From Candidatus Micrarchaeota archaeon (GTDB taxonomy: Archaea > Micrarchaeota > Micrarchaeia > Anstonellales > Bilamarchaeaceae): a stretch of DNA of 64,000 nt. Made by a program: the position numbers and the translations under genes. Positions 27,709-37,432 of this stretch are shown one piece after another. Each line of letters starts with the position of its first letter. Positions within the stretch are counted from its first letter, which is position 1. The notes below the pieces were generated by a model. The model did no database searches. It was given only the letters and a program-made list of their open reading frames with translations, and had not been told where the DNA came from. The DNA is taken from NCBI GenBank assembly GCA_040758595.1, contig JBFLVJ010000004.1, forward strand, positions 3,896 through 67,895, written 5' to 3'.

Positions 27709-29607
27709 TCAGAAAAATTCTGCCTGTTGGTTCAGGAAATCCATTATAGCCTCATCGCCGACCAGCACTTCCTTGCTGAGCTCCTTGTTCATCTTGATGA
27801 GGCCGTAATAGATGCTTTTGTAGGCGAACCTCCTCAAGTCGACCTTCGCCGGTTTCTTGGGAAGCAGCTCCACGAAAAGGATGAACGCCTCGGCCTTCAG
27901 GTCGTGCAGGTCCAGCGTCTTCATGCCTCTTGATTTTGCCCCATAAAAGACCTTCTTGGCTATCCCATCAAGGTAATCCCTGTTGTGCTCGTATAGGGCC
28001 TTCACTGTCCTGGGGTCGTCATCCAGCATCTTCTGCGTTATCCTCCCTGACCTGGAATAGACGAGCCCTGCCGCTTCTGCTGCTTTCTCGACCCCGCCGA
28101 AGTATTTGAGTACGGCCCACTCCAGGTTCTTGTCCCCGCCCACTCCGGTCGCGATGCCGGCAGGGAACATCTCTTTGAGGCGCTCCAAGACGACGTTGCC
28201 ATCCTTCCAGCTGATGTGCTTCACGTACCTGGAGCTGTCTATGCCGATATCGGCTAGGAAACCGCCCCAGCTATCATACCTCCGTATCGCTGCGCGATAG
28301 TACTTGGCGTTATCCGGGTCATTCTGCATGTCTGAGGCGTTCAGGCTGACGCCTTCAGCTTCTAATCGTTTCACTGCGGATGCCAGTTCCTCGAGCGTAT
28401 ACGTATCTCTCTTCAATACTATGTCAGAATAATCCAGTCCAGCCGCCCCGACCGCTTCTTCCCAACCGCCTTTGAATCTCGTCTGAGCCTGATAGTAAAG
28501 GCGTCTCACCTTGGGGTCCGAATCTCCGATTATGGCCGTGCAGTTGAGCTCCCTGCCCTCGGCATACATGCGGGCTATCCCCGAGGCTATCTCTTCGGCA
28601 CTGAGCGAAACGCCCGTCTGCTGTATCTCGCCATAATCGAGGCCGCAGCCCTCTATGGCGGCTCTCCACGAACCGCAATGGTTTATGGCCGCCTTGTAGA
28701 GAGCACGCTTCTCTCCTTCGGAAGCGCGATAGCTGGCAGAATCGAGCGGCTCTCCTCTGGAATGCAGCTCCAATATATGCCCTCTCACTCTATCGGCGCT
28801 CCAATAATCCCTCCTTCTCTTCACGAAAGGGCTGTAATCGATGCCGGCGGCTTCGACAGCCTCTTTCCAGGAGCCGAATTTCCTTCTCGCAGACCAGATG
28901 ACCTTTCTCATCCTGCTTTTCCTTTTATCACCCAGTATCTCGGTCTCGTTGAGGCTCTTTCCGCTGAGGTGATATGCGATTATGGCCGTGATTATCTGGC
29001 CTTTTGTCTGGGGAGTGGCTTTCCTGACCGTGGAAGTTTTCAGCCCAGCCGCTTCTATCGCCGCATCCCAGGAGCCGAAATGGTTTAGTGCCGCCTTGTA
29101 GAGTTTCTGGTCCTCTTCATAGACCGCCTTCACGTTCAGCGGTTTTCCAGCCTCTTTGCGCGCCAGAATCTCTTTCTTGACATGGGCTTTGCTCCATCTC
29201 CTTTGCTTGACTATGGAGGCAGAATCCAGGCCGGCGTCGGCTAGCGCGTCCTCCCAAAAAGTCCTGCCCTCGAATAATCGCTGGGCTGCCCAATAGAGTC
29301 TCGAGTTCTCATTGTCCGCCTTTATGCTCCCGCTATCGAGCTTTACCCCAGCTTCGTGCGCCTTCCTTATATCCTGGAGAAGAGCCACGCGCTCATCTGC
29401 CCTATGCTTCTCGATAAGCTGCTCATACTGGATGCCAGCTTGCTCGAGCGCGTTTTTCCAGTTCCCGAACCTGCTGCAGGCTGCCCTATAGAACCTCCGG
29501 CTTTGTCCGTCCTTCTGCACTTTCGAGGTCCGCAGGTCCTTCCCGCTCGCATGGGCCTCCCTAATGGCGTCTAGCAGCCTGCCTTCGCTCCATCGTTTTC
29601 CTGGCAT
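27709..29607 (-). CDS. Tandem-repeat protein (~9 copies of a ~55-aa helical repeat ending in FGSW…A…AGL; homing-endonuclease-associated-repeat-like) with a C-terminal helical tail
   Basis: Repeats read from the translation: …RFGNWKNALEQAGI, …FGSWDAAIEAAGL, …FGSWKEAVEAAGI, …CGSWRAAIEGCGL, …FKGGWEEAVGAAGL, …YDSWGGFLADIGI, …FGGVEKAAEAAGL. Each is preceded by W…I…H/A…G..L. No nuclease domain was recognised. Confidence 0.6.
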   Translation of the reverse strand: MPGKRWSEGRLLDAIREAHASGKDLRTSKVQKDGQSRRFYRAACSRFGNWKNALEQAGIQYEQLIEKHRADERVALLQDIRKAHEAGVKLDSGSIKADNENSRLYWAAQRLFEGRTFWEDALADAGLDSASIVKQRRWSKAHVKKEILARKEAGKPLNVKAVYEEDQKLYKAALNHFGSWDAAIEAAGLKTSTVRKATPQTKGQIITAIIAYHLSGKSLNETEILGDKRKSRMRKVIWSARRKFGSWKEAVEAAGIDYSPFVKRRRDYWSADRVRGHILELHSRGEPLDSASYRASEGEKRALYKAAINHCGSWRAAIEGCGLDYGEIQQTGVSLSAEEIASGIARMYAEGRELNCTAIIGDSDPKVRRLYYQAQTRFKGGWEEAVGAAGLDYSDIVLKRDTYTLEELASAVKRLEAEGVSLNASDMQNDPDNAKYYRAAIRRYDSWGGFLADIGIDSSRYVKHISWKDGNVVLERLKEMFPAGIATGVGGDKNLEWAVLKYFGGVEKAAEAAGLVYSRSGRITQKMLDDDPRTVKALYEHNRDYLDGIAKKVFYGAKSRGMKTLDLHDLKAEAFILFVELLPKKPAKVDLRRFAYKSIYYGLIKMNKELSKEVLVGDEAIMDFLNQQAEFF

Positions 29608-29691
29608 CCATCTGGATATTGCAGATAAATGAATATAAACTATAACAATCTAGCGTCTTGGCTAAATACTTTCCCCGCCATAATACTTGTC

Positions 29692-30399
29692 ATGCGGTGC
29701 CACCGCTGCGGCCGCGAGGCCGAGCTGAGGGCAGGCGGGGATGGGGGCCTTTACTGCAACGATTGCCTCAGCAAGCAGAGGGCCGACTGCGAAGCCTGCC
29801 GGACATGCGCGCAAAGCTCAGGCGGCAGCCTTGCATGTCCATTCTGCGCAAACTGCCCGCCCGGTGCTGCCGATGCGTTCATCTCAGAAACCGGACGTCC
29901 TGCCGCCCAGCCATTGGCCATGGATGAGAGGTGCGAGCGCTGCGGAGCACCTATGGACAGGGTATTCATCCTCCACGGGAAGGCGCTCTGCAGGAACTGC
30001 CTCTACCATGAGCAGGACAAATGGGAGATCGTCCCGGCGAAGCCGGGCAAGAGCGGGACGAGTGTCAGCATAGTCATCGACAGGTCCAAATCCGGGGAGT
30101 GGAGCATAAAGCCCGGCACCCGAGACCAGGGACCCGAAACCCGGAACACAGAACCCGGAACGCAAAGCCCGGAACCAGGCGATAACGTCGCCAGCCTGAA
30201 CGAGGACCCGCTCGGCCGCAAGCTCCTCCATTCGATAGGCATCGACCCCGACAATCCGCCCAAGGATCGTTTCCAGAAAAGCGGGCCGCTCTCAGAGAAG
30301 AAGATGGCCGATGACGCGTGCGTCAATTGCGAGGCCTACCAGATAGGGAAGATGGGAAAGCGCTACCTCGGGAAACCTTCGGATTCCAAGCAGAAATAG
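29692..30399 (+). CDS. Cysteine-rich zinc-ribbon protein with low-complexity Gly/Pro/Glu/Thr tail
   Basis: Several CxxC pairs (CHRCG…CNDC…CEAC…CPFC…CERCG…CRNC…CVNCE). The tail …GPETRNTEPGTQSPEPGD… is encoded by GGAAC/CCGG-rich repetitive DNA. Start is uncertain: the ORF opens at 29629 in AT-rich DNA. Confidence 0.45.
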   Translation: MRCHRCGREAELRAGGDGGLYCNDCLSKQRADCEACRTCAQSSGGSLACPFCANCPPGAADAFISETGRPAAQPLAMDERCERCGAPMDRVFILHGKALCRNCLYHEQDKWEIVPAKPGKSGTSVSIVIDRSKSGEWSIKPGTRDQGPETRNTEPGTQSPEPGDNVASLNEDPLGRKLLHSIGIDPDNPPKDRFQKSGPLSEKKMADDACVNCEAYQIGKMGKRYLGKPSDSKQK

Positions 30400-30453
30400 A
30401 TATATAAATGCCCCTCACGATATCCTAACAATCCTATTCTCAGAGGTGCATAT

Positions 30454-31173
30454 ATGTACGGTGTCTCTCCCCAGGCTTATGACAGGGCAATCACGGTATT
30501 CAGTCCGGACGGAAGGCTTTTCCAGGTGGAATACGCCAAGGAAGCGGTGAAAAGAGGTGCGACCGCCATCGGCATAACCTCGAAAGAGGGTGTGGCGCTG
30601 GTAGCGTTCAAGTCCATCCACTCAGAGCTGGTGGTCCCTGAATCACTGAAGAAAATATTCGAGATAGACTCACATGTCTGCGTGACCGCTAGCGGTCTCA
30701 TCGCCGACGCCAGAAGGCTTGTCGATATCGCCAGGGTGGATGCCCAGAGACACAGGATAACCTACAATGAGGGCCCGAGGGTGGATACCATCGCCAGGAG
30801 CGTGTGCGACCTGATGCAGGTCTACACCCAGTACGGCGGCATCAGGCCGTTCGGAGTGTCCCTCCTCATAGCCGGCGTGGATGACCAGGGGGCGAAGCTC
30901 TTCGAGGCTGAACCCAGCGGCGCCATGACCGCATACAAAGCCGATTCGATCGGGGCCAACAAGAAAGAGGTCGACGAGTATCTCGAATCCAAGTACAGCG
31001 ACAAGCTGACTTTGGACGACTCCATCAGGCTCTGCGTCGAGGCTCTGCGCAAGACCCAGGAGGAGAAGCTGGGCCAGGAGAACGTCGAGATATCATATGT
31101 CACCAGGAAGACGCTGAAGTGCGTCTCCCTGCCGGACAAGGAAGTCGGCAAGTACCTCAAATCAGAGAAATGA
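30454..31173 (+). CDS. psmA: Proteasome subunit alpha
   Basis: YDRAITVFSPDGRLFQVEYA is the archaeal alpha-subunit N-terminal signature. Confidence 0.9.
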   Translation: MYGVSPQAYDRAITVFSPDGRLFQVEYAKEAVKRGATAIGITSKEGVALVAFKSIHSELVVPESLKKIFEIDSHVCVTASGLIADARRLVDIARVDAQRHRITYNEGPRVDTIARSVCDLMQVYTQYGGIRPFGVSLLIAGVDDQGAKLFEAEPSGAMTAYKADSIGANKKEVDEYLESKYSDKLTLDDSIRLCVEALRKTQEEKLGQENVEISYVTRKTLKCVSLPDKEVGKYLKSEK

Positions 31174-31237
31174 ATCTTTCTTTTCTCGTTTTCCCTTAGC
31201 TTCAGCCAGACATCTCGCTTTCAACGGGCCGCTGCTT

Positions 31238-31924
31238 TCACTTGACTATCGTTCCGCCGTGCTTCTTGCCCTCGATCGCATTGCCTATGTCCGCCATGCT
31301 CTTGCAGCTGACGAAGTGGGCCTCTATCTTCGAGCGGGCGATGAGCTTGCAGGCCAATAAATCGAACACGAAATGCGTCCCTGCTTTCCGCTTGTCGCTC
31401 TCCACAGCGAGCCTTATGAGTTCGTCGTAGGTCATGCTGGCGAACCTCTTGGCGTTCTTGTTCTGTCTGGGGTCGCTGTCGTAGATGGCATCAACGTTCG
31501 AGATGTTGACAAGCCTCCCGGCGCCTATGGCCTCGGCCAGGAGGACAGCATCGGTGTCGGTCGTGATGCCTGGAATGGTCCCGCCCATGACGACGACCTT
31601 CTTTTCGGACGCCGGCTCTTTCGCCTCGTCGAAATCGGTCATCGCTGTTTTGTGCACGTCGACGCCTGCGCCCGCGAGCGCGGCTATCAGCAGCTGCGCG
31701 TTCTGCCTGGTGGATGTTATCGCTATCGAGTCAGCTTCGTATTCGCTCGCCCCCAGCTCCCTCGCGGCATTCGCATAGAGCCTCGCCACGAACCCTCCTC
31801 CTGTCAGGATGCCGAAGCTGTTCTTGCTCTTCTTTATCATCTGGGCGATGGACTTGAGGAACGTCATGTCCGGCTTCCCGTCACCTATGATGGAGCTGCC
31901 ACCGATTGATAGTACGACGTGCAT
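31238..31924 (-). CDS. pyrH: UMP kinase (archaeal type)
   Basis: VVLSIGGS…ILTGGGFVAR… amino-acid-kinase-family motifs. Start taken at MHVVLSIGG. A longer ORF extends to 31963. Confidence 0.8.
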   Translation of the reverse strand: MHVVLSIGGSSIIGDGKPDMTFLKSIAQMIKKSKNSFGILTGGGFVARLYANAARELGASEYEADSIAITSTRQNAQLLIAALAGAGVDVHKTAMTDFDEAKEPASEKKVVVMGGTIPGITTDTDAVLLAEAIGAGRLVNISNVDAIYDSDPRQNKNAKRFASMTYDELIRLAVESDKRKAGTHFVFDLLACKLIARSKIEAHFVSCKSMADIGNAIEGKKHGGTIVK

Positions 31925-31975
31925 GGAAGGCTTTCTGAGATTAGGTTTATATGGATGCTTCATCCTGATTATAGC

Positions 31976-32527
31976 ATGGCTCTTGACTTAGGCATCGCCA
32001 AGATAATGAAGGACCTTTCAGAGAAGGAGCAGGCGCTCGACATCGTCCTCGCGGAGAACCGCAAGACCGTGCGCTCCTGCTCGAACGCGATAAAATGCAT
32101 GCACGCCTACGATTTGAAGAAGGCCAAGGAGCATCTCGCCGAGGCGGATGAGACCCTGAAGGGACTGAAGAAGTACGAAGAACAGTTCCCGGGCCAGCTG
32201 GCACACATCTACCAGGAGTATGCCGAGGCGCAGATAGTGCTTTCTGCCATCGAGCTCAAGAAAATCCCCAGCTATACGAAACTCAAGGTGCCAGAAGTGC
32301 CCTATCTCAACGGCCTGCTGGACGCCATCGGAGAGCTGAAGCGCGAGATGTACGAATCCCTCAGGCGCGGCAACAAGCACGAGGCGGAATTCTACTTCAA
32401 GATGATGGAGGAGATCTTCGACGAGCTCCTCCCGCTCCGTTTCTCCAATTCCGTGCTCCCGGAGTTCCGCAAGAAGCAGGACAACGCCAGAAGGCAGATA
32501 GAGCAGGCCAGGGGAGAGCTTCTCTGA
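31976..32527 (+). CDS. Translin-like protein
   Basis: All-helical ~185-aa protein. …YLNGLLDAIGELKREM… resembles the translin/TRAX signature. Start taken at MALDLG and is uncertain. Confidence 0.5.
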   Translation: MALDLGIAKIMKDLSEKEQALDIVLAENRKTVRSCSNAIKCMHAYDLKKAKEHLAEADETLKGLKKYEEQFPGQLAHIYQEYAEAQIVLSAIELKKIPSYTKLKVPEVPYLNGLLDAIGELKREMYESLRRGNKHEAEFYFKMMEEIFDELLPLRFSNSVLPEFRKKQDNARRQIEQARGELL

Positions 32528-32554
32528 GCGCGAGGCCATTCGGAGTGTGAGGCG

Positions 32555-32941
32555 ATGAAGCTGGAGCCCAAAGCCGCCGAAGGCGAATACTATTTCGCCA
32601 TGGTTGCCGAAGACGACCTCATGGCGCTCACCGGCATACTTGAGAGCGTCGTCTGCATCTTCAGGGAGAGCGAAGGATTGACGATCGTCTTCTCGGAGGA
32701 TGCGAAAGAAGAGGTCGCGGAGCTCACCGGCAAGGAGATCATGGGCCCGTTCGCTTTGATAACCATGACGGCGCAGACCGAGCTGAATGCCATCGGCATC
32801 CTGGCGAAGATCACGGATGCGCTCGCGAAGGAGAAAATAGCGGTGAATGCCTTCTCGGCATACTATCACGACCACATCCTCGTCCCGTATGGGAAAAAAG
32901 AACGGGCGACCGCTATTCTAGAATCGCTGTCGGTTCAGTGA
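32555..32941 (+). CDS. ACT-domain protein (ACT_7-like)
   Basis: Two short beta-alpha-beta-beta-alpha-beta-like segments (…MALTGILESVVCIF…NAIGILAKITDALAKEKIAVNAFSAYYHDHILV…). Confidence 0.55.
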   Translation: MKLEPKAAEGEYYFAMVAEDDLMALTGILESVVCIFRESEGLTIVFSEDAKEEVAELTGKEIMGPFALITMTAQTELNAIGILAKITDALAKEKIAVNAFSAYYHDHILVPYGKKERATAILESLSVQ

Positions 32942-32943
32942 AT

Positions 32944-33050
32944 TTACTTTAAATCACTTTAAGTCTGGCTTTTTTACTTTAAGTTAAAGTTGCTTATAAT
33001 TCTCGGTCATATCTCGGGCAAGCAGCTTCCCGGAAACCTTTATACCCTTT
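32944..33050 (+). promoter_or_regulatory. polB upstream region: triple ACTTTAA repeat (two direct, one inverted) and TATA-like boxes (TTATAA at ~32995, TTTATAC at ~33039)
   Basis: AT-rich stretch tttACTTTAAatcACTTTAAgtctggcttttttACTTTAAgTTAAAGTtgcTTATAAttc immediately upstream of polB. Confidence 0.35.
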
Positions 33051-33067
33051 CCAGCCATCATACTCTT

Positions 33068-35461
33068 ATGCTAAAGCGGTGCCGGGCCTACGTCATAGAC
33101 TGCAGCTACACCGTCAGGAAAGGCAAGACCTACGTCGCTCTCCTCCTGAAAGGCAAGAAGACGGTCAAGCGCTACTACCAGTACGATCCTTATTTCTACG
33201 CAGACGTCCCCGACTCGCACCGCGAGCAGCTGGAGATGATGGAGGCCGCCAAGAAGACCGGGGGGCTGGTCTCGCCGCTCCGCGTCGAGCAGGTGGAGAG
33301 GCAGATAAGCTCCGAGAAGCGCAAGATACTCAAAATCTACTGCAAGGAGCCGTCCGACGTCCCCGCGCTCAAGAACGCCATCCCGTTCGAATGCTACGAA
33401 TACAACATCCCGTTCTCCCGCCGTTTCCTGTTCGACATGGGCATCACCCCGCTCCATATAATCACCTACGAGCGCGAAGGTCCTCTTATCAAGAAGATAC
33501 TCTCTGTCAAGCCGGGCGAACCCAAGCTGGATGCCATGGCATTCGACATAGAGACCTACAACCCCGCCGGCATCCCGAGGGAGAGCAAGGACCCCATCAT
33601 CATGGTGAGCTACTGCGGCAAGAAGAAAGGCGTCCTCACATCGAAGCCGTGCCCGCACGATTACGTTGAGGAGCTCGGAGACGAGAAGGCGATGCTCGAG
33701 CGTTTCAACGAGGTCATCAGGCAGGAGGACCCGGATGTCCTTGTCGGCTACAACTCGGCCAACTTCGACATCCCATACCTCCAGGCGAGGACCAAGGCCG
33801 CCGGCGTCCGCCTCGGCATGGGCCGGTTCGGGGGCCCGCCTAAACCACTGAAGAAAGGCCTGATAACCGGCATGCGCATCCCCGGCCGGGCCCATATGGA
33901 TCTCTATCCCATCGTCAAGTTCTTCGGATTCATAGGCATAATCAAGACCCAGAGATTCACCTTGGACGCGGTCGCCCAGGACGTCCTGGGCAGCAAGAAA
34001 GTGGCCATGAAGAAGGACGAGATATGGCAGCTCTGGGACAAGGGTGACATCGAAAAGCTGTGCGAGTACTCGATGGTGGATGCAGAGCTCACAAAAGCGC
34101 TATCAGACCGCTTCCTCCCCCTGGAGATGGAGCTATCGAGCGTTGCGAAGATGCCTCTCTTCGAGACCACGGTCTCAACGAGCGGCCAGCTGGTCGAGAA
34201 CCTGCTTATGTTCCATGCGGCCGAGCGCAACGAGATGGTTCCATCAAGACCTGGCGGGGATGCCATCATGGAGCGGACCAACGCCCCCATCCAGGGAGCG
34301 TTCGTGAAACTCCCCGAGCCTGGCATCTACGACAACCTGGCGGTCCTGGACTTCCGCGGTCTGTATCCTTCCATCATAGTATCCTACAACATCGATCCCG
34401 CTACTCTGATGAAAGAGGGTTCCGAAACGGAAGACGCAGGACCCGAAACCGCTTTCGTCTCCCCTTCCGGAGCCAGATTCTCCAAGAAGGACGTCGGCCT
34501 CATCCCGTTCGTGCTCGATTACCTGGTGGACCGGAGGATGGAGCTGAAGAAAGGGCTCAAGGGCCTGGACAAGGACAGCGAGGAATACGTGAGACTGAGC
34601 GCCCGCTCCCAGGCACTTAAGATCCTCGCAAATAGCTTCTACGGCTACATGGGATACGCCCGCTCCAGATGGTACTCCCGCCCCTGCGCCGAGAGCGTGA
34701 CCGCCTGGGGAAGAAAGCATATCATGGAGACCATAATGGCCGCTGAAAAGTCAGGATTTATGGTAATCTACGGAGATACTGATAGTGTGTTTATACACTA
34801 CAAAAACAAGCAGGACGTCCTGGATTTTGTGAAAAAAATCAACGACTCCCTGCCTGAGAAGATGGAGCTTGAGCTGGAAGGCTTCTACACCCGCGGGGTG
34901 TTCGTGAGCAAGAAAGGGGGCGAGGAGCGCGGGGCGAAGAAGAAATACGCCCTCATGGGCGAGGACGGACGCATCAAGATACGCGGCTTCGAGCTGGTGA
35001 GGCGGGACTGGTCAGCGGTCGCCAAGGAGACCCAGCTCAAGGTGCTCCAGGCGATACTCAAGGACGGCAGCAAGGAGAAGGCTGTGAAGATAATCCGAGA
35101 TACGGTGTCCGACCTGCAGAGCGGCAAGGTGCCCCTCCAGAAGCTGGCCATCAGCACCCAGCTGAAGAAAGATCCGCGCAGGTATGAGGTGGTCAGCCCT
35201 GAGCTGACGGCTGCCAAGAAGCTTTTGAAGGCAGGCACCCCAATAGATCAGGGGACCATAATCCAGTATGTGGTGGGCAAGTCTGGCAAGTCGATATCAG
35301 AGAAGGCCGAGCCGCTGGAGCTTGCCAAGGACTACGATCCGGATTATTACATCAACAACCAGGTGCTCCCTGCCGTGATGAAGATAATGAAGGAGCTGGG
35401 CTACGACGAATACAGCATGAAGTTCGGCGGCAAGCAGAAGAGCCTCGACCACTTTTTCTAA
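33068..35461 (+). CDS. polB: DNA polymerase B (family B, with 3'-5' exonuclease domain)
   Basis: Exo I FDIETY, Exo II YNSANFDIPYL, motif A DFRGLYPSIIVSYNI, motif C YGDTDSVFI. Start taken at MLKRCRAYVIDCSY, which aligns with a typical PolB N-terminus (…YFYAL/DV). The ORF opens earlier at 32990. Confidence 0.9.
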   Translation: MLKRCRAYVIDCSYTVRKGKTYVALLLKGKKTVKRYYQYDPYFYADVPDSHREQLEMMEAAKKTGGLVSPLRVEQVERQISSEKRKILKIYCKEPSDVPALKNAIPFECYEYNIPFSRRFLFDMGITPLHIITYEREGPLIKKILSVKPGEPKLDAMAFDIETYNPAGIPRESKDPIIMVSYCGKKKGVLTSKPCPHDYVEELGDEKAMLERFNEVIRQEDPDVLVGYNSANFDIPYLQARTKAAGVRLGMGRFGGPPKPLKKGLITGMRIPGRAHMDLYPIVKFFGFIGIIKTQRFTLDAVAQDVLGSKKVAMKKDEIWQLWDKGDIEKLCEYSMVDAELTKALSDRFLPLEMELSSVAKMPLFETTVSTSGQLVENLLMFHAAERNEMVPSRPGGDAIMERTNAPIQGAFVKLPEPGIYDNLAVLDFRGLYPSIIVSYNIDPATLMKEGSETEDAGPETAFVSPSGARFSKKDVGLIPFVLDYLVDRRMELKKGLKGLDKDSEEYVRLSARSQALKILANSFYGYMGYARSRWYSRPCAESVTAWGRKHIMETIMAAEKSGFMVIYGDTDSVFIHYKNKQDVLDFVKKINDSLPEKMELELEGFYTRGVFVSKKGGEERGAKKKYALMGEDGRIKIRGFELVRRDWSAVAKETQLKVLQAILKDGSKEKAVKIIRDTVSDLQSGKVPLQKLAISTQLKKDPRRYEVVSPELTAAKKLLKAGTPIDQGTIIQYVVGKSGKSISEKAEPLELAKDYDPDYYINNQVLPAVMKIMKELGYDEYSMKFGGKQKSLDHFF

Positions 35462-35608
35462 AGCGGAATAAGGAGACACAATGCCGCTCGGCCGGCCGAG
35501 CCCTCTGCCAACCTTACGGATGATCAGATTCCTCGACAACGCGACGCTCCGCATCGCATGGGCAGTTCCCGACGGAAGCCATAAAAACAGTTCCCGAGAT
35601 TAAAATCC

Positions 35609-35956
35609 ATGGTCCAGGCGGAAAAGGAGAAGAAAAGAGGGGGTGTCGCCGATGCCATCAACGAGCTTCTCGAAGCCCTCGACAAATCGAGGAAAGCGAG
35701 TTTCACTCCGGAATATGTCGCCAGCTTCTCTCAGAAGGAGATAAGCGATTATGAGCGTGCCGGTATGAAGGCGCGCGAGATGCGGGAGCCTGAACTGAAG
35801 GCGACCCCGAAACTCGTCAAGCCGAAGGAGGAGCGGATGGTCCTCGATCGGCAGATGAACGAGAAGGCTTTCGGGGACGCGATGGACCTGGCCACGATAT
35901 TGGAGAAGGCCGCCGCCGGCAACAAACTCAAGCTCACAGAATGGGTCAAGGGATGA
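35609..35956 (+). CDS. Hypothetical protein
   Basis: 115-aa ORF in a coding-dense region with Lys/Glu-rich composition. No recognisable domain. Confidence 0.4.
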   Translation: MVQAEKEKKRGGVADAINELLEALDKSRKASFTPEYVASFSQKEISDYERAGMKAREMREPELKATPKLVKPKEERMVLDRQMNEKAFGDAMDLATILEKAAAGNKLKLTEWVKG

Positions 35957-35959
35957 ACC

Positions 35960-36301
35960 ATGGTCCTAGACATCTTGGATGACGGAAGCAAGGAGCGCAT
36001 CATCCACATCTGGAAGGCCATGTCGGACATCGACAAGGGCCACTTCATCAACCAGGTGGCGCTCGCCCTCAGCGTCTGGGGCAGCGACGAGAGGGGCAAG
36101 AGGCTTGTCGTAGATGTCTTGAGCCTCATGACCCTGAACGGCACCAGTACGCTCGCCGATTTCGGCCTCTACGTGGAGAAGGCGGCCAAGCTCAAGAGCG
36201 CCTCTTCCATGTCTGAGAAGGTCAAGCGCGCGGCCGTGGTACTGGAGGGCTACCGGGTGAAGAACGCCCTGCCTTCCGAGCCGCACAAGGAACTGTTCTG
36301 A
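35960..36301 (+). CDS. Hypothetical protein
   Basis: 113-aa ORF, 3 nt after the upstream stop. No recognisable domain. Confidence 0.4.
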   Translation: MVLDILDDGSKERIIHIWKAMSDIDKGHFINQVALALSVWGSDERGKRLVVDVLSLMTLNGTSTLADFGLYVEKAAKLKSASSMSEKVKRAAVVLEGYRVKNALPSEPHKELF

Positions 36302-36315
36302 TTCCGGGTTTTTCT

Positions 36316-37428
36316 ATGCAGCTATGCAGCATATGCAATTCGGCCAATGGCAACCGTTTCCATGAAGGCCAGTGCCACATATGCGGCGGGGCGGCATTGA
36401 AGACCGACTCCATGCTTGAGGAAGCGAAGGCCCTTCTGGCCAAAGAGCAAGCCAAGAGCTTCTCGATCTCCACCCTCATCCCGAAAGACTGGCTATCGCG
36501 CGAGGAGAAGGCATGGGACGTGGCACTCGCAGATGCCGAGAGCGTGAAGAACCTGCTCAACAAGAGATTATCCTCCGCGCTGGTGAAATCGGTCAAGGCC
36601 GAGTACGTCCCGCAAGGCGATTGCCGCGTGATATTCGACTACAAGAAAGGGACGGTATCTATAGAGCGCAGCCCGCTCTTCATCTTCGGCAGATATCTCA
36701 AGCATGCCGCCGGCCTCTCCCAGAGCAGGTGGATATGCATCGCCTGCAAGGGCAAAGGCTGCAAGAAATGCGATAACAAAGGCAGGTTCTACGAGTCGGT
36801 GGAGGAGCGCATCGGAGAGCCGGTCAAGAAGGCGACCGGCGCCGAAGACTATGTGATGCACGCCTCGGGCCGCGAGGATGTGGATGCGACCAATAGCGCA
36901 GGCAGGCCTTTCGTACTGGAACTCAAAGCGCCGAAGGACCGCGAGCCGGACCTATCGGCCGTGGCTGAGGCCATCGCTTCCACGAACGAGGTCTCGGTGC
37001 GCGACCTGCGCATAGTCCCGCCCTCCTTCAGCGAGCTGGTGACCGAATCCCATTTCGACAAGAGCTACAAGGCCGAGAGCGAATTCGAGAATGAGCTCGA
37101 TGAGGAGGCAGTCGTCAAAATCCTCTCGCTCAACGGGAAGACGCTCCTCCAGAAGACGCCAACCCGCGTGGCCCACAGGAGGGCGGACCTGGTGAGGCAT
37201 CGGAAATTAAAGTCAATCGAAGTAGCATTCCCCGAGACCGGGAACCGGAGACTGGCGACCATTTTCATCAAGGCCGAAGCCGGCACATATATCAAAGAGC
37301 TGATTTCCGGAGACAACGGCAGGACCAACCCCAGCATAACCGGCCTCCTGGGCTTCAAGGCGGTGTGCAAGAAGCTCGACGTATCCGAGATAGATGACCG
37401 GTACCTGGATTTCATCATCGGTTCATGA
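36316..37428 (+). CDS. pus10: tRNA pseudouridine synthase Pus10
   Basis: N-terminal zinc ribbon (CSICN…CHICGG), internal CIACKGKGCKKC, and the Pus10-type catalytic domain (…RPFVLELKAP…, …AEAGTYIKELISGDNGRTNPS…). Confidence 0.75.
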   Translation: MQLCSICNSANGNRFHEGQCHICGGAALKTDSMLEEAKALLAKEQAKSFSISTLIPKDWLSREEKAWDVALADAESVKNLLNKRLSSALVKSVKAEYVPQGDCRVIFDYKKGTVSIERSPLFIFGRYLKHAAGLSQSRWICIACKGKGCKKCDNKGRFYESVEERIGEPVKKATGAEDYVMHASGREDVDATNSAGRPFVLELKAPKDREPDLSAVAEAIASTNEVSVRDLRIVPPSFSELVTESHFDKSYKAESEFENELDEEAVVKILSLNGKTLLQKTPTRVAHRRADLVRHRKLKSIEVAFPETGNRRLATIFIKAEAGTYIKELISGDNGRTNPSITGLLGFKAVCKKLDVSEIDDRYLDFIIGS

Positions 37429-37432
37429 TCAG

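Noticed and set aside
29608-29691. N-terminal extension MNINYNNLASWLNTFPAIILV of the zinc-ribbon ORF
   Set aside because: It is encoded by AT-rich promoter-like DNA (TAAATGAATATAAACTATAACAA) and has no coding signal. The start was moved to MRCHRCG.
33071-33895. 274-aa minus-strand ORF and other ORFs inside polB
   Set aside because: They are antisense to the strongly supported polB coding frame (Exo I/II and motifs A/C).
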